Shown: positions 54,438 through 64,000 of the stretch, piece by piece
How the letters are laid out: each line of letters starts with the position of its first letter
Numbering within the stretch: position 1 is the first letter of the stretch
Assembly (NCBI GenBank): GCA_001643675.2
Contig: LSRY02000065.1
Coordinates: 248,001 to 312,000 of the forward strand
Direction of reading: 5' to 3'
Source of the DNA: Monocercomonoides exilis PA203
Taxonomy: Eukaryota > Protista > Preaxostyla
Length of the DNA stretch: 64,000 nucleotides
Notes under the pieces: model-generated
Database searches by the model: none
Told to the model about the DNA's origin: nothing
The model's input: the letters and a program-made list of their open reading frames with translations, nothing else
Position numbers and translations under genes: made by a program

Positions 54438-55100
54438 TTATTCATCAGAATAATTTGAAGCTTCCTCTCCGTCATCAATGCTATTTGAATCTTCTTCTTT
54501 TTCATCATCATGCAGCTCATGCAGAATATCGTCAGTATCAGGAATTTCTTCATTTTCAGAAAAATTAATTTCTTTATCCTCAATAATTGGTTTTTCTTCT
54601 GGAATAAAATGAATCATTTTTTGCTAAATATCAGCAAAACTTGGTTTAAGATTCTTTTGAACAAGCCACATGGATAAGCAATCTTCAATGAATGTTTTTC
54701 TGACTCCATGCTTTGGAAAAAACGCTCTTAAATGACTCCACAACACTTCAACGGAATTGGCACATGCACCTGTTTCTGGATCTTTGAAGTTCCTTTTTTG
54801 ACAGACTGTAATATGATCATTACGTGAATATTTCAAACTATTGAAGCTTTTCGATTCGTCACAAATAATTGTTGTGTCTGCTTATATCCTTTCTTGAATA
54901 ATTGGGATCAATGTTTCTTTTTTCCTGTCTGGCACGATGATAACAAAATTTGTTCCAGCTCCTCCTCCTTCCTTCCTCTCAACTCATCCGAAAATCCACA
55001 ACAAATCCTTCTTTCTTCCTCGTCTAAATTTCCTTTTCTATAAAACAGCCTCTTCAATATGAACACATTTTCATGGTTCTCCAAATGGGTGATTATTTTT
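54438..55100 (-). pseudogene. Merlin/IS1595 (ISXO2-like) transposase relic
   Basis: FVIVPDRKKETLIPIIQERI*ADTTIICDESKSFNSL..HITVCQKRNFKDPETGACANSVEVLWSHLR; in-frame stops; acidic tail. Confidence 0.82.
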
Positions 55101-56252
55101 GAAATCATAACATTTTTCAGAGTGTTTATTCCACAAAAGTTTTATTTTTTTTGGAAAAGAATTAGACAACCAAAAGAAAAAAAGTTTGATAAATGTTTAA
55201 ATAGTGATTTCAATAGTTTTTGTCATGTTGAAATTAACTTAAGAACGAGTTAAAACTTCACAGTGTGAATTTATCGATATTCGAAGTGAATTCTCAAACC
55301 GAAGTTTTTAAATAAAAAAATATGAATTCTAAAATAAACATACAATTTTTGACAACATTTCATTCTGTGTTTGTGTTCAAGCAACTCGTGCAACGCTTGT
55401 CCAATAACCAATAGTTGGATATGAAACACCTATCGGTTATTGAATTTATTTCAATCCAGTGTAAATTCAATAGTCCAATTGAATTTTTAAAACTATATTA
55501 ATCGAAAATTTCATTTTGGAAAAAATAAAATTTTTAAATATTGATGTTTTTTCCTGCAAGTTTGAAACAAAAAATATTTGTATCCTTCTGTTTCCTCCCC
55601 GATTCTCCTTTTGCTTCTGTATTTCGGGCAATCCTTCGTGGCGAACTCTTGAAAACATTGGAAAAACAAATTCCACATTTTTTCTACATCATGGAAGATC
55701 GTATTCAATTGAAATACTGTTTAACTATTTTTCTTCTTGAGATCTTTCTAAAAAACTCTTTTGATCATAAACCATATATTTGAATTTCAATGACTTTTCG
55801 ATGTTTATTTCTCTTCTGAAAAAGACTTTCCGATAGCTGAAAATTATTTAAATGTTTCGGTTGAGAACGTAAATGTCTTTTGCTGTTTTTTTGTCCAAAA
55901 TTGAGAATTCCGATAAACATTCATTTTGCTTCAATATGCATTTCTATTACACATGATTTATTTGTTAATCACATTGAGAGAAAATTTTCGATCAAAACTT
56001 GAACAAAAGTGTGATTTCAAAAAGGATCAGCCATGTCATATTTATTCACCTCCAATCTTTTCAAAATAAAACTTTTCTGTGTATTCTTTTTGCGATATAT
56101 ATGAACTTTTAAGTCGAACATGTGACACATATTTTTAGTAAGGAATTCTGATGAAAATCTTAAAAAAATATAAATGACAACTATCACACTTATGAAATAT
56201 TGGAATGAAGACTGTAACAATTTTCAATTAATAAACGTTTGTCAATGAAAAT

Positions 56253-59200
56253 ATGATTATTCCACTTGCAATACTCACGATCAAGTTGTTGTTTGTGATT
56301 TCTTTGTGTTGTTCCGAAAAGGGCACAAGCAGCAACGAATTCCAAGGGGTTAGAGAAAATTCTTCAAAATTCAAGTATCGATTTGAAGATGATGCAGAGA
56401 AGCACAGCATCACCAAACACAGCTTGGAAAATAGTTTTTCTCAGGTGTGGGTTCCGCGTGGAAACTCAACAAGCGTCCTCAGTTCGAAGTGTGAAAAATG
56501 GATGAAAATGCGATCAACAGTTTTATCCTGCATGAAAATGAAAAACAAAAGCGCGAATTTAAAAGAATTGGAATTCCGCCAATTTGTTGATTTGAGTGTG
56601 ATGGAAATGGATGGATGCGAAAAAGTGATTTTGTTTCCATGTGTTTTGGAACAGAATGGGAAAAGTGGAGCGAGTGAATTTATTGTGAGCAATGGTGAGT
56701 TTTATCTTCAAAATGTGAAGATGGAACTGGATGAGCAGAATATGATTCAACACTCGATTGTTTCAGGAGGCGGTGAAAAGGCAGGATTTCTTCTGAGAAG
56801 AGGTGCATATTTTGATGGTTGCTGTGCTTCATCGATATGTGCTTGCTCTCCATCTCCATTTTTGTGCAGCGAGAAGCTGGAGATGGCAGAGGTGATGGAT
56901 TGCCTTTTCTGCAACGTCACAATGCACCACAACGGGAAAGGGTGTTGCGACAGGACGTTGCAGAGAAGCGTTGTGGAGAACTGTGAAATAGAGGGATGCG
57001 AGGATGTGTTTGGGGGGGGGATAGTGAGTGGCGCGAGAGGAAATGAGTTTTCTGCACGAAATTCAACATTCTGCAGAATGACAAGTGCCTACCATGATTC
57101 GCATTACACCACGCCCTTTGACGAGTTCACAACAGGAGAAGTCTCGTTTGTGAACTGCGATTTCGAAAACTGCAGAAGCACAAGCCACGGAGGAGGGGCG
57201 ATCTATGTTGGAGGAACAGCCTCACTGTCTGTTCAGAGGTGCACATTCACCAATGTTTTAACAACAGTTGGCAGGGGAGGAGCAATCTACAGCTATTCGA
57301 CAAGTTCTGTTGAAATAAATGGAACAAGTTTCACAAGATGCTCGAGTGATGGCTTATTTGGTGGTGCTTTAGCAGTTATTAATTCATCTTTGTCCATGGG
57401 TTTATGTGTTTTTGAGCAGTGTTCATCTTCATATGGAGGTGCCATTAATGTGGAATATCAAAGTTTTCTCAGAATTATTGGCACAAATTTTTATAACTGC
57501 AAAGCAACAAATCAATGTGGAGGCGTTGCACATTTTTATGAACCTTGTTCAAATGAAGAATTTGAAGAATGCAAAATTTGTTTTTGCTCGTCAACAACAC
57601 CAGGAGGAGGAATTGATATATATGGAAACAACCAAAACAAAGAAATCCATTTTTAACGTTGCTTGTTTGTGAAAAATATAATATTTGGAAATAAAAAATA
57701 CGGACTTGACATATATTTTGGTTTCGGTTTTGCGTTGAAAGCGACTTCAGAATGGATTATTGATTCATTTACAATTTCAAATGATGCTAATAGAATTTGC
57801 ATATGCGATTTTGATGCTTTTTCTTGTGAAAACCCATCTTTTAAAGATGAATGGTTGCCAGTGAGTTCTTCTGAAATGAACAGGATTATTCTTGTGGATG
57901 TGAAGCAAAGCACAACAGAATCCACAGGCGATTATTACCTGTGTGGGGCTGTGTCGCATGAATGCAAGACACTGAAATACGGTGTATCAAGATGGGTGGA
58001 TTGGTATCATGAGCTGATCAGGGTGCGAGGGGGAACATACGAGGAGAGCGAGATGGTGATTGCGCAGATGAATGTTGTGATAGAGCCGAACAAAGACGAA
58101 AATGAGGAGGAGGAGACAGTGACAGTTGTGACGAATGCAGTTGGGCATGCGATGTTTGAAGTGGAGAGTGGATCTATGCAGATGGCTGGGATGATCCTGA
58201 AACACACCATTTCAAATGAATGCCAGCAGGCGTTGCTGGAGATGAGCGGCAAAAGATCAGAAGTGAGCTTTCTGAGGTGCGAGATCATGTCTGCAGCGAC
58301 AAGTGCGGTTGGGCAGCATTCGTATTTTGGAGTGAAAGCTGGAAAGATGAAGATGGTGCAATGCACAGTGAAGAACATCGAGCTGGAGAATTGTGGGGTG
58401 ATTGAGTGGGGGATTGGGGGGATGGTGGAGATGGATGGAAGCAACTTCTCAAATATCACGCGCAGAGAAGGAAACGGGGCAGTTGTTGGGAAGAATGGGG
58501 GAGCAACAGAGAAAGTGTGGATTCAGAACATTAGCATGAAAGACTGTGTGTGTCAGAAAGGGAACGGTGGGGGAATTGAGGTGGTGGTGGAGAATGGGTG
58601 TGATTGTGGAATTGGGGGAGCAGGGATGGAGGCAGGATTTGAGAGATGCAGAGCAGAAGAAGGAAGTGGAAGTGGAAGCAGAAGTGAGACAACAAATGAA
58701 AAAACGAGCGGAGGTGGAAACGGGAATGAGGTGGAGGAGGGAAGGAGAGGATGTGGAGGAGGGATATGTGTGAGAGTGTTGGGAGAGGAAGCAGGGTTCA
58801 AGATTGGGGCTATTCAATTTTCCGGAAACAGTGCAGCACACGGGGAGGATGTGTGTGTGTTTGCTCCGCACCTGGAGAAGGTTGTGACAAGGGCAAGCTT
58901 TGGATATTACTCTGAGAGAGAGGAGTTCAGTATTGAGAGTGCAGAGGGGATGAACGATGGATTGCGTGGAGTGTGGGTGCCGCTGGTGTTCTATCTGAGA
59001 AGCAGAGAAGGGAATGTGTCAGTGGGAGAAGATGGGACAGATGTGAGGGCCTGCGGGTTTTCGGAGTATCGGTGTCTGAGCGTGGGATATGCACTTGGGC
59101 AGCAGTCAGATTGCCACCAGGTGCTGGTGTGGGGAAGCTATCAGCTGAACGAGAGCCTTGTGCTGGATGATGAGAAGGGATATGTGTGGAGCGGGACAGA

Positions 59201-62200
59201 AGAGATGAGCAAGATGAGGATGGTGGGGAGCAGCACGGGAGTGAACGGGATTATTGAAGTGAAGACGAGCGCCAGACTGAAGAAGTTGAGCATGACGGTT
59301 GGAGGGGCTCTGCCATCGACACAGCGAAGTGTGATTATTGTGAGCAATGCGAGAGCCAGCTGTGTGATTCAAGACTCGCGGATTGGCTCGGAAAGCAGCG
59401 TTGGGGAGATTGGGTTTTCGATATTGGTTGTCGAAGCAGGGCAATGCACAACATCGGGCGTAACTTTCGAGAAGCAGGAGTTTTGTGATCGGGCGATGAT
59501 TGGATGTTCAGGATCTGGGTCAAAGCTGATCATGAGTACTGTGAGGATTGAGAATGTGAAATGCAGGAACACAAACGGAGTGATGAATGTGGATGCGTCA
59601 GCAGAGCTGACTCTGAGCAACACGACAATATTGGGGATGGAAAATGGAGACAACAGCGAGTCTGTGATTATTGGAAACCGACCTCGGCTGGTGATGATAA
59701 GCGGGGTGAGTGTGAGTGGTGTTGGGTTGGAAGCAGGAAACGGCGGGGTGGTGAAAGGAACAATCGGGAGCGGACAGAGGCTGTGTGTGGAAAACAGCAG
59801 TGTGGATGGGGAGTGCATGAAAGGGAATGGTGGAGGGATGGAGCTGAGGCTGGAGAAAGGAGGAGTGGTTGAGATTGGGATGAGTGAGAATGTGGCATTT
59901 GCGGGATGTCGGGCTGTTGCTGCGGCAGGAGCCGGAGGGTTTGGAGGAGGGATGCATGTTGTGTTTGTTGGAACAGCAGATGATTTTGTGGTGAAGAAAG
60001 CAGAGTTCACAGGATGCAGCGCAAGCAGGAAGGGGAGTGGAATGTTTGTGAAGGCGCCTCTGCTGTCAAAAGTGATCAACAGCACAACAATCGGGTTTGG
60101 GCCTGACCTTGGGGATGAAGAAGGGCTTGCTGGGGTTGAAGGGGACGATGAGTCGTTTTATGTGCCACTGGAGCTGTATCTGCGGGGAGAGCCAGATTCT
60201 GTTGCAGTTGGAGGAGGGAATGCGAAGGATTTTGATCGGTGTGGGTATTCGGGCTATCCGTGCCAGACAATGGATTTCGCATTGTACAGGTGGCAGCAAG
60301 ACAGAGGTTTGACATGTGTGGTCGACAGGTCGACGAGTCTGTCATGCGAGGTTGGATTTCGAAAGGGGATGTTCAGCATTGAAGGAAAAGAGCAGAAAGC
60401 GGTATTTGTGGTGAATGAGAACTCGGAAAAGGCTCAAGAAGGGATGATTGAGCAGAGTGCAGAAGAGACCAACATGAGCAGGATGGAGTTTAGTGTTCCA
60501 CAGCAACTGAATGGCCGAGTGGCGCTGGGAAAGTGCATTGAAGGGTTGATGAGGGTTATGGAGTGCAGTGTGAGTGTTCGGCTGTCGACGAACATTGAGT
60601 TTTCAGTTTTTGTTGTTTCAGGAGGAGAACTTGGGCTAGTGGGTTTTAGGGTTGATGATGTGATGTTTTCAGGAGGATGGATGGTGAGGGTGATGGGGAT
60701 GGGAATTGGATCAATGAAGGGATGCGAGGTCATTGATGTGCAGAGCGCAGAAAGCAAGGAATTATTAGAAGTGAGGGATGGAGGGGTGATGAGAGTGGAG
60801 AACACAACTATGGAAGGTGTGGCGGATAGTTTTGGATCGGCAATAAGTGACAAGAAAGGAAAGGAGGTTTCAGTGAGGAACTGTTCGATATGTGGGATGT
60901 GGAAGGCAGAAGGGAATGGAGGGATGATAGAAGGAGAAATAGAAAATGGAATGAGGATTGAAGTGAGTGGGGTGAGGGTGAGGAACTGTGGAAGCAAAGC
61001 GGGATGTGGTGGGGGAATGAGAATTGCTTTGAAGGGGAGTGGAGAGTTTGAGTGCAGCAAAATGGAGGGGTTGAGTAAAGAGGAAATGAGGATTGCGGAG
61101 TGTGGAGCAGAAGGGAGTGGAGCGAACGAAGGGTGCGGAGGAGGATTGATGATTGAGTGTGTGGAAGGAGGAAGTGGCTTCGCCTTGAAGAGTGTGGTGT
61201 TTGGAGTTGGAGAGGAAGAAAACAAAGCGAGCAGGGGAGGGAAGAATGTGTTTGTGAAAGGAGAAGGTCTTCGGAGGCTTGTGAATGAAGAATCATTTGG
61301 GTTTGAGTTTATGAAGGATGTTGGGGGAACAGACCTGAAGGAGTTAGAGGGATGCGAGGATGGCTTGGAAGGGATAGTGATTCCGCTGGTAATGCTGTTT
61401 CGAGAGGCGCCGGAGCGATGCTATGTGGGCGAAGATGGAGAAGATACATACGAATGTGGATTCAATGATTATATGTGCGAAACAATAGAATACGGGGCAG
61501 AGCAGCGTTTTGGTGGGAAGAAAGCAATGATGAGGCTAGACAGGTCGTTTGTGATAAGAAATCGGATAGTGGTTGCTGAACAGGAGATGGAAGTTGATGG
61601 GGAAGTGAACGGGTCAGTGATTGCAGTTGAAGGAAGCAAAGGGGATTCAGGAGATGGGGTGATTCTGATTGAGAATGCAACGGTATTCACTGGCCTTCAG
61701 TTTTCTATTGGAGAGCTGTCTGATGTGCCACGAAAGTGTCTTTTTGAGTGCAGTGGAGGGGAGTTGACACTGACAGATTGCTCGATTAACGCTCAGTCAG
61801 GAGAAGGCTTGGGAATGGTTGAATGTGCGAATGGAGGAAAAGTGAATGTCATGAGACTTCGACTTTGCGATGTGGAATTAGGATCGGTGGGAGCAATTGA
61901 GGTGAAGGGAAACGGGAGCACAGGAGTTATTGAGTGGAGTGTCTTTGAAGATGTTGAGACGAGAGGAAAGGAAGGGGTGATAGTTGCGGAAGAGTGTGGA
62001 CATGTGGAAGTGATGAACAGTTCAGTGAATTGGTCTTCATTTGGGGACAACAGTGGTGTGCATGTCAGCGAAGGAGCATCAGGGATAATTGTGAAGTGCA
62101 ACATGAGCGAGCTGAGGAGGGAAAACGGGGATGGAGGAGGAGTGAGTGGGGTTGCAGGAGATGGAAAGAAGATAGAGGTGAGAGAATGCGAGTTTTTTGA

Positions 62201-64000
62201 TGTGAAGTGCTTGAGAGATATGGGAAAAGGAGGGAGTGTGAGTGTGAGAGTGAGGGGAGGAGGAGCACTGGAGTTTGAGGGGAATAGCGTTGGAAAGAGC
62301 ATGGTGAAGGAAGAAAGCGGTGTTGGAGGAGAGGTGTATGTGAAGTTTGATTCAGAGGAAGGGGTGTACTGGATGAGATACGACAGATTTGAGGAGAACA
62401 AGGCGAGTGTGGGAAGAGATGTGTATTTTGAGTGTGTGGGTGCAAGCAAGATGTTGAAGCAGATGCGATGGGTGGACACGGCTGATGAGGACGAAGAGGA
62501 GGAAGAGAAGCAGCGGCTGTGGGTGTATGACAGGAGCAACGAGCCGGTGATCAATGTGACGATGTTTGCGTTTCTGTTTCCGGCTGGTGCAGACATACTG
62601 TTTGTGGACAAAGGCGGGACCAATTTTGAGGAGTGCGGGATACAGGCAACGCCGTGCAAAGATGTGTCGTTTGGGTTTGAGAAGCTGGGGAGCACACGAA
62701 CAACGATACGGATTGTGGAATCGGCAGCTGGGAAGAGCGAGATGAGACAGAAGGATGAATCGTTGACTCTGCAAGGGAAGAACAAAGCCGAAGTTGCATC
62801 TGTTCTTCGGATGGAAGAAAATGGGGGCTTTGTTGTTGAGGGGAGCAGAAAGATGGAGCTGAGTGTCCAAAGGCTGCAGGTGGTTGTTTGTGTTTCTTGG
62901 GCGAAAGAAGCGGTGTTTGGAGTTGGAGGAAAGGGGGCAGTTTCTGTGCAGAATTGTTCAATCTGCGGGGAATTGGGATCAACTTTAAGTGGAGTGGGGA
63001 ATGGATGGATTGGGAAAGGAAGTGGAGGGGAGATAAGTTTTGTGTCAGTGAATTTTGAGCAAATGGAATTGGGAGCAGGATGCGGAGTGGCAGAGATGAA
63101 AGATGGAAAACAAATTGTGGAGAAGTCTAACATGAGTGGGCTGTGCGGGAGCGTAGGAGGGTTGATCTGCGGGAGGGGAGAGAGCGATGTGAGTATTCGG
63201 GAGACAAATGTGAAGGGATGCAGAGTGTTCGGTGGAAGTGTGGCAAGAATGAGTGGTGTGTCGCAGATAAAGGTGTGGCAGGGAAGTTTGATTGAAGAGT
63301 GCAGGTCCGATGAGAACATGGATGGAGGTGGGATGTGGTGTGAGCTTGTTGGAGAAAGCGAGGTGATGATAGAGGATTGCAGGTTTTGCAAGTGCATGCT
63401 GACGAAAGATAATGGAAGAGGGGGAGGAGTGTTTTTGGATTTGCAAGAGAGTGCAAGCAATAATTTTGCGTTCAAAAGAGTGACATTTGAGGGGAACACA
63501 GGAGCCAAAGGAGAAGATGTGTTTGTTGTGAGCAAATCCTTGAATGAATCGATCATAGCAGATCGCTTTGTTGATGTATCTGGGGCTGAGGAGGGTTCTG
63601 GCCGGGCAAAGATTGCAGGAATAGACAGTGAGTTTTTTGTGGAAGAGGCGATTGATCTGTATGAGTTTCTTGTTGAGCGCAAGTCGGAAGAGATCAGAGT
63701 TGGAGAGAAGGGATACGACTTTGCGGGGTGTGGAACAGACAAGTATCAGTGCAAAACGCTATGGAGAGGATACAGAAACATTGATGGATTGGCGGCGAGA
63801 AAGAGGCTGTTGATGGATGGAGAAGTGTATGCAGAAGAAAGCTACGATCTTTCATCATTTGAAGTGAGTTCGATGCAGGACCAGGTGGAGTCTTGTGTTC
63901 GGATTCAATTGAAAGATGAAGAAGGGGTGAACGGATGTGTGTTTGGATCGTCCACAGTGCTGGAGATGAAGTGGATTGTGTTCAAATATGAGGAGTCATT
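56253..64000 (+). CDS. Giant intronless secreted/surface protein (PMP-like GGAI beta-helix N-domain plus at least 6 tandem Cys-rich modules), interrupted by one in-frame TAA; extends past the window end
   Basis: Signal peptide; GGGAIY/GGAL/GGAI repeats. The same frame continues after TAA 57654-57656 with no closed ORF listed up to 64000. A CGx5C motif recurs at about 57940, 59050, 60240, 61455, 62630 and 63728. Confidence 0.82.

Noticed and set aside
57653-63742. Long minus-strand ORFs, including 649 aa at 61793-63742
   Set aside because: Antisense shadows of the G-rich giant plus-strand gene, with no independent motifs.

Overview
Eukaryotic, AT-rich, intron-dense protist DNA using the standard genetic code (RPL11, the CYTH gene and the TFIIIC gene all end in TAA). 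Short (about 50-110 nt) introns, Ser/Glu-rich GAA/TCT expansions, a repeated ARM-like orphan family and beta-helix surface proteins suggest an oxymonad such as Monocercomonoides exilis (inference from recalled gene families, not a database result). Housekeeping blocks: a CLEC16A/TT9-like gene, RPL11 and an EEF1AKMT4/METTL13-like methyltransferase (1-9.5 kb); then a Rab7-like GTPase, a CYTH/TTM3 triphosphatase, a dual-specificity phosphatase, a PXK/Slob-like pseudokinase, RAD9, a GTF3C2-like WD40 protein, a multi-pass tetraspanin-like protein and a coiled-coil protein (31-54 kb). Accessory blocks (9.9-31 kb, 54-64 kb) hold a decayed pogo-type transposon, two Merlin/IS1595-type transposase relics, at least five non-autonomous TIR/foldback elements, two lesioned orphan paralogs, and two intronless surface-protein genes, one giant and split by a single in-frame TAA. 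The most unusual signals are an apparently obligatory GA-AG intron and several GC-AG introns, two roughly 70-bp bidirectional promoters with shared motif order, a Rad9 that seems to lack its C-terminal tail, and a foldback element whose arms are built from 21-bp repeats. Exon boundaries were derived by hand and need RNA-seq confirmation.
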